Assembly (NCBI GenBank): GCA_964016885.1
Contig: OZ024741.1
Location: forward strand, 197,346,001 to 197,410,000
Direction of reading: 5' to 3'
Origin: Eledone cirrhosa
Taxonomy: Eukaryota
DNA: 64,000 nt
Each line of letters starts with the position of its first letter. Position 1 is the stretch's first letter. Of this stretch, positions 52,201-64,000 are shown in pieces. The position numbers were made by a program, and so were the translations under genes. The notes beneath the pieces are model-generated. The model ran no database searches. It was not told the DNA's origin and worked only from the letters and a program-made list of their open reading frames with translations.

Positions 52201-54051
52201 TTATTGAATCGAACTTTTGTGGTATATTTTTTTCCTAATGATACATTTGAACAGTTATTTAAAGATATTTACTCCATTTAATAATTGAAAATGATTAATT
52301 TTCGCCTTTCGCTGAGGAAAACACCAACCTTTTTGCTAAGGAAAATTATTTCATTTTTTTGTCCTAGAAAACACTTTCACTTTGACAAGATAAATGCTTT
52401 AATTTCATGGGACCCTGAAAACAAAGGAGCGCTAATTTGTGACATTGTTTCCCGAGTTGCTGGTGCGACGCTAGGGCGAGCTACGACAGCATTGCATCTC
52501 TCCCGGGAAGTATATTAAGAAAGAACATATTTGAATACACAGCAGTAGACAAGCTATTCATTCAGTTGACTATATAATTGATCTTTCCAGTATCAAATTT
52601 TAGCAAGCCAGACGGAGGAAGAGACATTGCAGACCACCTCGAAAGCAACATTGGTCAAATTCCCCCATCAATATATCTATAACAATGCAGTATATTTATA
52701 AATTGTGTTTGTTCCAACCCTCTCTATATTACTCCACCTCTTGACTTCCGAATGATAAATATTTTAAAATCTTTTTCTTTTTTAAAATAACAGTGGTCGA
52801 AACTTGTACATCTTCCAAATTTTGAAAATTCATTAAATCAGATGTCTCTGATTTGCTATGAAACATGAGTTTCCGTGTAAATCTTTGTCGTTTCCTCTTC
52901 AGGTAGCAATGTGTTTGGTGATTGGTTGCATTGTTTGTTTTGCCTCTCTGTTAGTCGGTCGTCTGCTTTCTCTTTTATCATGTCAATAATCCCCACCAAG
53001 GCATCAATCTCAAGTCGAGTGCATGTATTCTAAGCAAGGCTAATCAATTACGTTTCCCCCTTCACCTCTTCTATACCTTCTGCAACTCAAAATATTACAT
53101 TTAAATCCTATTGTTTAATTTACTTCATCAGATTAAAGTAAATAATGGTGTAAAATAAATCGAATAAGAACAGTGGGATAATTTTAGTTGCAACAATTTA
53201 ATAAATGTAAACATATTGATTTGATGTATTCGAGCTATAGGATATAGCTAAAAAAGAACCAAACAAAAAGGATTTATTGTTTAAAAAATAGACAGCAGAA
53301 AACGTTTTATTGTGTAAAATTGATACCGGAATCATAACAAAGTCGGAGTTTGTTTTGGGTTTGGCATATTGGCGTTCTATTTTGAGAGAATAATAAAAAT
53401 AGAATATTGTGTCATCCATGCGACATAATTGAAAATTGCGTATAACAAAAACAAAACAAAACAAACAAAACATAAATAAATGGAACTACGTCAGTTTCGA
53501 TGATGAATTATCTAAATGAATCACTTACTCATTGAAATATGGTAGAAATGATTGGTGTAGTGAATTAGCGGTATTCGTTTCGGCACACTGTGTTATCTGA
53601 GTTCAATTTCCACCGTAGTCAACTTTGCTTTTCATCCTTTCGAGCTCGATAAAAAAAGTACCAGTCCAGTACTGGGGCCGATTCTTCCACTGTATCTCTT
53701 TCTTACTTCCTTCTCTTTCATTCACTTTTTTTTCCACCTCTGAAAGAAATCGATTGTGTTCAGACCTGGAGAAAGTTGGACACAACCAGCTTTAAAATGC
53801 CCAAGACACATCGTATGTCACTATGGCGCCCATACGACTTAATAAGGAGCTACAGGTTCACCACACACGTGTATTTATACACGCACAGCGGGAGCCTAAG
53901 AGAAATAATAAGCAACAGACATGCAAATTATTGTCTTTATCTAATATGTTCACTCGTTTTAAGAAATCTGTTTTTGTTTGTATACCGATAACTTTGCGAG
54001 TGTGTGAATGCATGTGGACGCGTGTGTATGTATGTATGAATGTGTATATGA

Positions 54052-54101
<50 letters not shown>

Positions 54102-54842
54102 ACGAGCGCTTGCGTGCGTGTTTGCCGTTCATTAAATTCAAAATTAGCGGTTCTACGATTATTGAAGTAAATCCCTTCGAGAAGTCTAGCATGGAATGGT
54201 AGATCGACAAAAGGGGAAACATTCCTATGCGATGTTGTAGATATAATGAAAGAAAAGTCGATAAAGAAAATATAGTTTTATAGTCATATCAAATTATTTA
54301 ATATGAGAAGTTTTCTGACTGAAATCTAACATATTTTTGCTGCTAGATTGTATTATCAAAGCCAATGCAGCTGACAGTACACTCGTACTTATGCCAGTTA
54401 AAGTTATTTAGAAACATAGAGATATTCCATGAGAACCGAGGAAATAACAGCTCTCATCAATGTTTCTTTTAATCATTTTTATTTGTTTGCGTTTAACAAT
54501 AATCAAATAGAACAAATAAGAAAACACCTCTTATGCTGACGGCTGTTGACGTTTGAAGTGTGAAATACGATTTTGCGTGTAATACTTAATCGTTTAATGA
54601 AATGAAAGGGAGTTTTCTAAAACTGAATACACATTTTTTTTTATACTGTCATCTTTAGATTCATTGCAAAATAGTTAAAGTGTATCCTTACAGCAACCAA
54701 GCGATTGATGGATGACGAGGAGGAATGAAAAAATAACAAACAAACCATGTGTTGAATAAGTTAAAAGAACAGAATTTGAAGTAATTATGACACCAACTTA
54801 ATCGATTGATATTAGACGGATGATGAGATGGAGTAAACAGGA

Positions 54843-55190
<348 letters not shown>

Positions 55191-55606
55191 TCTGTATGCA
55201 TGCGTGGGTGGCTGTGAGCTGCAATTACACGATAAAAATGTTTATATTTTTATTACAGCTTTATCAGGTTTCTATTTTAGACGGGTTCCATGGCCTGACG
55301 TTTCATTCTTCCTTTTTCCGACTTCTTCTTTCGTCCTTTCTCTCTCTCCCCCAATCTTCCCCTCTTCTTACTTCTTTTCTTCTCTTACCCCTTCTCCTAC
55401 CGACCTTGTCTTGCTTGTCACTTCCGCCGCAGCAGGGATTCTGTTGTCTTTTCCAGGTGCCAAGAAGAGGTATTTTACTCGACTCTCTCTGATCTGTCTT
55501 AAGATGAAGGACTAACATCCAATACTTTAAGACTCTTTTCCAGTCATATTAAGGGTTAATTATTCCATATTATTATTTTGTGTTATTATTCTGTGTTATT
55601 ATGTTA

Positions 55607-55793
55607 GGGCGGTGGATTGGCAGTATTGGTAGAGGGTCGGACGCCGTGCTTTGACGTATAGAGTTACGGCCCTTGCCTTTCTGAGTTCAAATCCCGCCAA
55701 GGTTAACTTTGCCTTTCATCCTTACGGGGTCGATAAAATAAAGTACCAGTAATGCACTGGGTAATTGCTGGCCTTGTGCCTAACGTAGAAACA
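55607..55793 (+). mobile_element. Full-length young SINE
   Basis: Box A/B present. TSD attattattttgtgttattattc at 55569-55591 and 55794-55816. Confidence 0.94.
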
Positions 55794-55831
55794 ATTATTA
55801 TTTTGTGTTATTATTCAATGTTGGCTTTTCT

Positions 55832-55896
<65 letters not shown>

Positions 55897-55905
55897 ATAT
55901 ATATA

Positions 55906-56474
55906 TAGGGCGAGTAAAATTCCCGAGATCCATGGACCAGTTCTCTCCAGCGGTGCCTGTCCCTAATTATCGCTGCCATGTGCCGCGTCTCCAAGAGACC
56001 AGTGTCTATCTTAGGGCATCAACATATGTTAACCTCGGTCTTCCTCTTCAGTGTGTCCATGCAGGGGCTCCCACAGGAACACTGAGTGCAGTGTCAACTC
56101 TGGATGTCGGTCAGCATGTCCAGCTTCTCAGTCTCCTTTGTGCTACTCTCGAGCTGACATTTGGGAGGCTCCTGTACAGCTCTGAGTTCTTCATCCTATA
56201 ATGTAGGCGGGAAGCGTATTTGGGAGCAAAGATTGGGAATACGGAAGATGATGTGCTCGAGAGGAAACGCAAAGCCTGGGCGGCGTGCCACAGCTTGGGA
56301 TCAGTGTGGAAGTCAAACCTTCGTAAAGACCTGAATATCCATCTCTTCGTTGTTGTAGTGGAGTCTATGCTGCTGTACGGGTCTGAGACTTGGACACTGA
56401 CCAAGAACTCACTCAGATGGTGGATGGGTGCTACACGAGAATGCTGAGGATCGCTCTGAACATTAATCAGTATA
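55906..56474 (-). mobile_element. RTE-group LINE copy (same family as 9268-10361) with 5' inversion
   Basis: 55906-56197 is colinear with 9269-9563. 56199-56474 is the reverse complement of ~9570-9870 with a ~25-nt deletion. Flanked by (TA)n. Confidence 0.92.
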
Positions 56475-56506
56475 TATGTATATATATGTATATATATGTA
56501 TATATA

Positions 56507-56579
<73 letters not shown>

Positions 56580-56582
56580 GTG

Positions 56583-56615
<33 letters not shown>

Positions 56616-56687
56616 ATATATATATATACATATATATATACACATGTATATATACATACATATATATACATATACATATATATATAT

Positions 56688-56738
<51 letters not shown>

Positions 56739-56873
56739 GATGTATATATACATACATATATATACATATACATATATATATATACACATATATATATATA
56801 TATATGTATATTTACATACATACATACATATATATGGAATGTAGAAAAGTGACACACGAGTTGATATATATAA

Positions 56874-57408
<535 letters not shown>

Positions 57409-57516
57409 CAAAATGGTTGACTGAATACGCTTGTGTGTTTTTCCTCCCCTTTATCTCATTTTTCCCCATTCCCTCCTGTCACTCTTTATCTTTCTATTTT
57501 ATCTTTTAATTCTACT

Positions 57517-57556
57517 CTATCTTCTGATGAAGAACTAGCGTCCGAAACGTTAAAAC
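57517..57556 (+). ncRNA. Minimal hammerhead motif, partly decayed (PLE-type)
   Basis: tctt CTGATGA a gaac-tagc-gtcc GAAACGTT aaaac. A homologous relic gtctt aagatga aggactaacatcc aatactt taagac lies at 55496-55533. Confidence 0.55.
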
Positions 57557-57668
57557 ACTTTTCCTGATATATTTCTTCAATGTACTGTGTCGTTTGCTTT
57601 GCCATTTATGTTTACGTTTTACACACACACGCGCGCGCGCGCATATACATATATATATATATATATAT

Positions 57669-57746
<78 letters not shown>

Positions 57747-58679
57747 GAACTAGATACATCTCACTGTCCACACCACCACAATAACGTCTACACTCTCTCC
57801 CCACCATCACATGTCATTACCATACCATACCCTATCGAGACTAAAGTCATCGACCTGTTGTCAAACTCTCTACTCTCTGATGAATGTATATATATATATG
57901 TGTGTGTATGTATATGTGTGTATATACATCACTCAGTCAAACAACCAGATTTCAACCCCAACATCTACAACAACAACAACACCGGCCCTAATGTTTACAG
58001 CAACAACAGCTTCAGAATGAACTGAAATGAACATTTACAACAATTACAACAACAACAACAACAGCGGCATCAAAACATAAAAAAAGGAAGGGAAAAGAAA
58101 AAAGAAAAGGGAAGGGGAAAAAAAAAAAAAAAAAAAAAAGGAGAAAAAAAAGAAAGGAAAAAAAAAAAAAAAAAACTCAAAATAACAAAACACACACACA
58201 CACACACAACAGAACAACAACATCAACTGCCACCACCACCACCACCGCCACCGCCGTCGCCATCACCATCACCAGCGACCTGGCCTTAAGAACAACTTTA
58301 ATAATAATTTTTCTGCTTTTGGCACGGATCCAGCGACTGGCCAGCGCATCACTGGTACTCTCTTTTGTTGACTCCGTGGAGAGCCATAACTCTATGCTGT
58401 AAAGCAATTATAGTAATACTGGACTGTAATACGATCGGCTTCAACTATACAAACTCTTGAAAGTCAACAGTTGACATAATCTGGTAATCTTGTATCAGTA
58501 ATGACGGTAATATATATATATATATGTGTGTGTGTGCGTGTAAGTGAGTAGAGTAGCGTGTGTGTGTGTTTGTTGTGTGTGTGAGTGTTGCTGTGTGCAC
58601 GCATATGTATGCGTGTGTGTGTATGTCGTACGTATAAGTGTCAATAAGTAATTTTTTTTTTTTTTTTTTTTTTTTTTTT

Positions 58680-58982
58680 GCGCGGGGACATAGAAATAAT
58701 CGGGCTGGATGCCCGATCGCGCAGTTAAACCACTGGGAGTGAAGAACCCCTAGCCCATGTCAGGGTATTCTTCTAGGAGAAGGCATCTCAGGAAACTGGG
58801 TTAACTCCGATATAAAACCTGCGGCTCAGTAGTTACCGATGATGTTGATCTTTTCTTCTTTTCGGGTTATAGCTACTGTCGCTCAGAGAGTGGGATTGGT
58901 TCAGTGCACAGTCTTTCCTCACTTTAAAAATATTCGTCACGCACAGGCATTGCACGAGTGCATTAATAATTATTAATAGTGT

Positions 58983-59020
<38 letters not shown>

Positions 59021-62000
59021 TATTATTACTTTTTTTTTTTTTTTTTTCTCCCTTTTTTTTTTTTTTTTTTTTTCCAATTCAATGATGTTCCAGAACAATG
59101 TAAACGAGATAATTGCCAATTTGGGTTCTGGAACAAAAAAGATCATTGGCAATAAGGGCAGGGGCCCCAAGTTATCACAACCTGGGCCCGCCCGTCATCG
59201 TGCCATTGTAATAGAGCCAAACAGGGCATTTAGTCTTGGCTGCTGGAACGTACGGACGCTGCTTGACGGGGATTCTTTGGAGCGTCCTGAACGAAGGACC
59301 GCTCTTGTTGCGAAGGAGCTTCGACGTTACGATCTTGACATCGTGGCTTTGTCTGAGACGAGGTTAGCTGGAGATGGTCATCTTACGGAATTTTGTGGAG
59401 AATATACATTCTTCTGGAAAGGAAGAGATGAAGGAACCAGAAGAGAGGCTGGGGTAGGATTTGCTGTTAAGACTGTACTGGTGAATAAATTGGAAGAATT
59501 CCCAGTGGGGATTAGTGAGCGTCTTATGTCCATGAGAGTTCCGCTGGACAGGGGAAGATATGCTACCCTGGTGAGTGTGTATGCTCCAACTATGAATTCT
59601 GTCGATGAGGAAAAACTGTCCTTTTACCATGCCTTGAAAGGTGTTTTAAGAAATATCCCTCAGGCAGACAAAGTCATCGTGCTTGGTGACTTTAATGCTA
59701 GAGTGGGTAGGGATTTTAACACATGGAATGTAATCGGAAGGCATGGGGTGGGAAAGTGTAACAGCAATGGTATGCTCTTGCTGCAGATGTGTGAGGAGCT
59801 GGATCTGTGTGTTACCAACACCATGTTCCAACAAAAGAACAAATTCAAGACCACATGGATGCATCCTGCATCTAAGGAATGGCATCTTTTGGACTACGTC
59901 CTAGTCAGGATGCGTGACAGACAGGATGTGCGGTGTGTTCGTGTTCTTCGTGGAGCTGAGTGCTGGACGGACCACCGCCTGGTACGCGCAAAAGTGAATC
60001 TAATCACCAAACGTAAAATCCGGGCTCCTGGTGTTGCCCTGCCCAAAAGATTGAATGCTGCTCGTCTTAAGGATAAAAATGTGAAGAGGACATTGGAAGA
60101 AGAGATGCAGGCTGCAGATCTTGGTGAGGATTGGCCGACCCTTAAAAAGTCGGTTTATGATGTAGGCAGACGTGTTCTGGGATTGGTGCAGAGAAAACAT
60201 CAGGACTGGTTTAATGAGAAAGATGTGCATATAGATGACTTGTTGGCTGATAAGAGGCGCGCTCTGTCACGCTACTTGACGGCAAGACCACAGGAGAGGA
60301 ATACGTTGCATGAGGAGCTCAGGGATGTAAAATCACGTGTTAGGCGGAGTCTTTCTCAGATGAAGGATCAGTGGTGGAGTGAGAAGGCTGGTGAGATACA
60401 AACTGCGTCTGATTGCAATAACACAAAGCTGTTGTACAGTCTCTTGCGTGAGGTTTATGGACCGTCTTCTTCTCTGGTGACACCGATTCGCAGCAAGGAT
60501 GGCAAAGAACTTCTTCGTGACTCACAGGGAATTCTACGAAGGTGGCGGGAGCACTTTGATGATCTTTTGAATCAGCCGTCTGTCGTCAGTGAAGATTTCC
60601 TCAATCTCATTCCGGAAAGTCCTGTGAAAGTAGCTCTCGCAGAGCCTCCGACACTTGTGGAGGTTGCAGTGGCTATTTCGAAGCTGAACAGTGGAAGATC
60701 TCCAGGTATGGATGGCATACATGCTGAGCTCCTACAATATGGTGGTGAGAGACTCCTGCAACATCTTCACTCTCTGTTTGGAAGGATATGGGCTAATGAA
60801 TCCGTGCCTGAGGACTGGAGAGATGCAGTAATGGTGGTCTTGTACAAGGGAAAGGGTAACAGGAATGATTGTGGGAACTACAGAGGTATATCATTGCTTT
60901 CTGTCGTGGGGAAAGTTTTATGTAGGGTGCTTCTGGACCGTCTGCTGACACACATTGCAGATTGTGTCCTTCCTGAAAGTCAATCTGGTTTTCGTGTTGG
61001 ACGCGGCACTACTGATATGATCTTCTCAGCTAGACAGCTCCAGGAGAAGTGCATTGAACAGGGCTTGGATCTGTATCAGGTTTTTGTCGATCTGACAAAG
61101 GCTTTCGATACTGTCAACAGAGATGCATTATGGAAGGTTCTCCAGAAACTTGGTTGCCCTGATAAGTTCCTTGCTTTGGTTAGGTCTTTCCATGACGACA
61201 TGAAGGCTTGGGTTAATGTCGGAGGTAACATGTCGGAGCCTATCTCAGTAAAAAATGGAGTGAAACAGGGGGATATTCCAGCACCGACCCTGTTTGCCAT
61301 ATACTTTGCAATGGTTTTCTGTATTGCATTCAGGAATTGCGAGCATGGTGTTTACATCCGATATCGAACCTCAGGCAGCATATTTAACATCAGGCGCTTT
61401 GCTGCGAAGACAAAAGTATTTACATCAGTCATAAGAGACCTCTTGTATGCAGATGATTGCGATCTTGTAGCGCACACAGAGAGTGATATGCAGCACATTT
61501 TGAATGTATTTTCTGACGCTTGCACTGCCCTGGGTTTGACTGTCAGTCTCAAGAAAACCGTCGTCATGTACCAACCTGCACCTGGTAGGCAGTACACTGA
61601 ACCAAACATCTATGTGTATGGCAAACGACTTGGAGTGGTTGATCAGTTTGTCTACCTGGGAAGCACTGTCAATCGATACGGCAACCTTGACGGTGAAATC
61701 TCACTTAGGATTAGGAAAGCAAGTGATGCTTTCGGAAAGCTAGAAAGGCGACTCTGGGGTCGGCGAGACATATGCAGGAGGACAAAGGTAAAGGTGTACA
61801 GGGCATGTGTACTCTCTTGTCTTCTTTATGCCTGCGAGACCTGGGTCACATATCGACGCCACCTTAAGCAATTGGAGCGTTTCCATCAGATGTGTCTCAG
61901 ACGGATACATGGCGTTCGCTGGAGGGACCACATCAGTGATGTCGAGATTTTGGAAAGCTCTATGTGTGACAGTATAGAAGCTCTTGTGCTTAAGCAGCGA

Positions 62001-62635
62001 CTCCGTTGGAGTGGTCACCTTGCCAGGATGAAGGATTCTAGAATACCAAAACAACTCTTCTATGGAGAGTTGGTTAAAGGAAAACGACCGCCACATAAAC
62101 CAAAAAAGAGGTATAAGGATTCCTTGAAGGCCTCTCTGAAAGACGCTAACATCTCTGCTGATACATGGGAAAATATTGCTGCTGATCGTAATAAATGGAG
62201 AAAGACTGTATATGAGGGAAAAGTTGCCTTTGAGGCATCTCGAATCGCACACGAGAAAGTAAAGCGGGACGTGAGGAAGGGTATTGCTGTTGCACTTCCA
62301 GACGGCGAGGGTCCTCCTATGTTTCTGGCATGCGGCGTCTGTGCGAGACTCTGCCTAAGCAAAGCTGGACTCGAAAGTCATCTTCGCAGTCATAAAGTAA
62401 GACCAGTGGTTGACTACCAGGCTGCTGTTGGAGATGCTACTCATCATGCTTGCCAAACATGTGGTAGAGAATGTAAATCAGCAGGAGGACTCAAGCGACA
62501 TGCAAAAGTACACGAACTCCAACCACAGCCGACTATTCCCAGTAAATGTTTTGGTTGCCGACTCTGTGCAAGACATTTTGGATCATTGGCTGGGCTAAAA
62601 AGCCACATTCGATCGCAGCACTGTTAGTTGCTATC

Positions 62636-62673
<38 letters not shown>

Positions 62674-62752
62674 GCTTATGTGCGTGCGTGTGTGTGTATA
62701 TATATATGAATATGTATATTATTATTGTTGTTGTCGTTATTATTATTATTGC

Positions 62753-62837
<85 letters not shown>

Positions 62838-62876
62838 TGCAATGGCCATACTCGATAACGAGGGGGCAGCCATCAT
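58680..62876 (+). mobile_element. Full-length RTE-clade LINE
   Basis: GC-richer 5' UTR from ~58680, a single intact ORF, and a 3' terminus tggccata-ctcg-ataa-cgag-ggggcagccatcat (stem-loop like BovB/RTE tails) followed by (AT)n. The exact 5' end and TSD are unresolved. Confidence 0.9.
59082..62627 (+). CDS. RTE LINE ORF: APE endonuclease + reverse transcriptase + three C2H2 zinc fingers (1181 aa)
   Basis: EN: GCWNVRTL, ALSETR, SVYAPT, LGDFNARVG, LLDYVL, TDHRLV. RT: NYRGISLLS, QSGFR, FVDLTKAFDTV, GVKQGD, LLYADDC, FVYLGS. ZnF: CGVC..HLRSH, CQTC..HAKVH, CRLC..HIRSQH. No stops or frameshifts. Confidence 0.97.
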   Translation: MMFQNNVNEIIANLGSGTKKIIGNKGRGPKLSQPGPARHRAIVIEPNRAFSLGCWNVRTLLDGDSLERPERRTALVAKELRRYDLDIVALSETRLAGDGHLTEFCGEYTFFWKGRDEGTRREAGVGFAVKTVLVNKLEEFPVGISERLMSMRVPLDRGRYATLVSVYAPTMNSVDEEKLSFYHALKGVLRNIPQADKVIVLGDFNARVGRDFNTWNVIGRHGVGKCNSNGMLLLQMCEELDLCVTNTMFQQKNKFKTTWMHPASKEWHLLDYVLVRMRDRQDVRCVRVLRGAECWTDHRLVRAKVNLITKRKIRAPGVALPKRLNAARLKDKNVKRTLEEEMQAADLGEDWPTLKKSVYDVGRRVLGLVQRKHQDWFNEKDVHIDDLLADKRRALSRYLTARPQERNTLHEELRDVKSRVRRSLSQMKDQWWSEKAGEIQTASDCNNTKLLYSLLREVYGPSSSLVTPIRSKDGKELLRDSQGILRRWREHFDDLLNQPSVVSEDFLNLIPESPVKVALAEPPTLVEVAVAISKLNSGRSPGMDGIHAELLQYGGERLLQHLHSLFGRIWANESVPEDWRDAVMVVLYKGKGNRNDCGNYRGISLLSVVGKVLCRVLLDRLLTHIADCVLPESQSGFRVGRGTTDMIFSARQLQEKCIEQGLDLYQVFVDLTKAFDTVNRDALWKVLQKLGCPDKFLALVRSFHDDMKAWVNVGGNMSEPISVKNGVKQGDIPAPTLFAIYFAMVFCIAFRNCEHGVYIRYRTSGSIFNIRRFAAKTKVFTSVIRDLLYADDCDLVAHTESDMQHILNVFSDACTALGLTVSLKKTVVMYQPAPGRQYTEPNIYVYGKRLGVVDQFVYLGSTVNRYGNLDGEISLRIRKASDAFGKLERRLWGRRDICRRTKVKVYRACVLSCLLYACETWVTYRRHLKQLERFHQMCLRRIHGVRWRDHISDVEILESSMCDSIEALVLKQRLRWSGHLARMKDSRIPKQLFYGELVKGKRPPHKPKKRYKDSLKASLKDANISADTWENIAADRNKWRKTVYEGKVAFEASRIAHEKVKRDVRKGIAVALPDGEGPPMFLACGVCARLCLSKAGLESHLRSHKVRPVVDYQAAVGDATHHACQTCGRECKSAGGLKRHAKVHELQPQPTIPSKCFGCRLCARHFGSLAGLKSHIRSQHC

Positions 62877-63114
62877 ATATATATGCATGTCTTTATGTTC
62901 ATGTCGGTAATAAGTACTGAGGGTGGAGGCATTCTCGATTCAACCGTTGGAACCTTTATTAAACTACTCTGCCTTATTGGTAATACGTCATACCTGGGTG
63001 TTTCCTGTTACAGAATACCTCCCCAACAATTATGAAACGAAAAAACAGCCTACATAGAGAATTGTATCTTTCACAGTAAAGAAAATTATATGCAATATCG
63101 GTAGTCACTTCCGA

Positions 63115-63830
63115 TTACGCTTGCCTATGTTGTTGGTGATAGTTTGTCTCTGTGGTAAAGAAGTTCGCTTCACAACTGCGGGCTTTCAGTCCTACAGCCT
63201 GGCACCTTGGGAAAATTACTTCCATCGCCTCGATACACTTGGGTAGGTGTTTTGTGAGATCTAACCAAGCAACTAAGAGAATGTTGCTGTTGCTATTTGC
63301 TTCCTTAATGATCTGGATAATGAATGATGCATAGCCCAAACATCCAGTGTACGGCTTCTTGGTGAACAATTGTACCAATGAACTTGTTGGTGATAAGATG
63401 TTAGTGTTTCAGCAAAGTTGAACCAGAGCACGTTCCCTTCAACATCTAGCAAGAAGAACATCTGAAAGTGGCGACATCTTGATAAGCTCAGTTCTTTAGG
63501 GACAAGCAGCTCTCTATAAATATCCAGGGCCCAAGTTCCGGAGTGTCCATAAATGTAGCTGTGGGAAGTTTTTGTAGATCTTGTATATGATTCTTGAACA
63601 GATTATACTCGAGCTTTTGCCATTTCTGTCTTTATTTCCTTAAAAGTCTTCCATGTTGAAAAGGGCTTGTGGCTTGAGCGTTGACAGCTAGAAAGGAAGT
63701 TTCCAAGTGGTTGTCACTATTGGTCTCACCATGCACTGCTACAACACGGTCTTGCAATTCTTCCTTAAAGCAGACCAACCTCCCATGTTTTAGCTTCGCA
63801 AGGAGGATAGCTGTGAACCGGAAGTTGTTT
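63115..63830 (-). pseudogene. Decayed RT fragment of an RLE-type (HERO/R2-like) non-LTR element
   Basis: Minus strand FQMFFLLDVEGNV..FAETLTSY (cf. FR.ISLLNVEGKIF..LA.RLT.Y) and GCL..SFIIQIIKEA…LLVAWLDL. Confidence 0.6.
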
Positions 63831-64000
63831 TTAAAAATAATTTCTTCTGCCCCCTTTCTCTGATTCCTTCCCTCTCTCCCTCCCCATCTCTATGTCTCTT
63901 TCTTTTTCTCTGCTTCTTCCATATTATTTCCATTCTGAAAAACTGGAACAACTTTTACGACAGCTCTGAGACTAGTTAGTTTAAGGCTTTTTTTCTTCTT

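Noticed and set aside
52590-54230. Possible host exons (minus 52858-53030 NTCTRLEIDALVGIIDMIKEKADD…; minus ~54125-54225; plus 52591-52682)
   Set aside because: Short open frames next to AG dinucleotides, with no recognisable domain or consistent splice chain. RNA-seq would be required.
58680-58960. HDV-like ribozyme in the RTE 5' UTR
   Set aside because: Expected in some RTE elements and hairpins are present (atcgggc/gcccgat), but I could not assign P1/P1.1/P2/P3/P4 by eye. Needs an RNArobo or Infernal search.

Overview
Eukaryotic, AT-rich, almost entirely repeat-derived DNA. The tRNA-derived SINEs and dense (CA)n/(TA)n microsatellites resemble octopus genomes, which is an inference. No host gene could be supported. 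Contents: (1) a decayed autonomous Helitron (Rep + PIF1 helicase, ~1.1-6.1 kb) interrupted by young SINEs, plus a second internally deleted Helitron (13.4-14.8 kb); (2) a (TA)n-embedded cluster at 8.7-17.2 kb of RTE LINE fragments, Penelope-like element (PLE) fragments and a 634-bp tandem/inverted non-coding repeat; (3) a ~20-kb array of a 40-bp satellite in one arm of an old inverted duplication whose other arm holds only ~10 units; (4) CRE, Merlin, Rex3-like and HERO-like relics; (5) an intact 1181-aa RTE LINE ORF with three C-terminal C2H2 fingers. The most notable candidate lies in the 634-bp repeat and its diverged relative at 8.8 kb. Both carry all hammerhead-ribozyme core segments (NUH, GAAA, CUGAUGA) in a strand order opposite to the known type I/II/III topologies. 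The pairing is supported by about six compensatory base-pair changes between the copies, suggesting a pseudoknotted or obligate-dimer hammerhead in a retrozyme-like element. Catalytic activity is untested.
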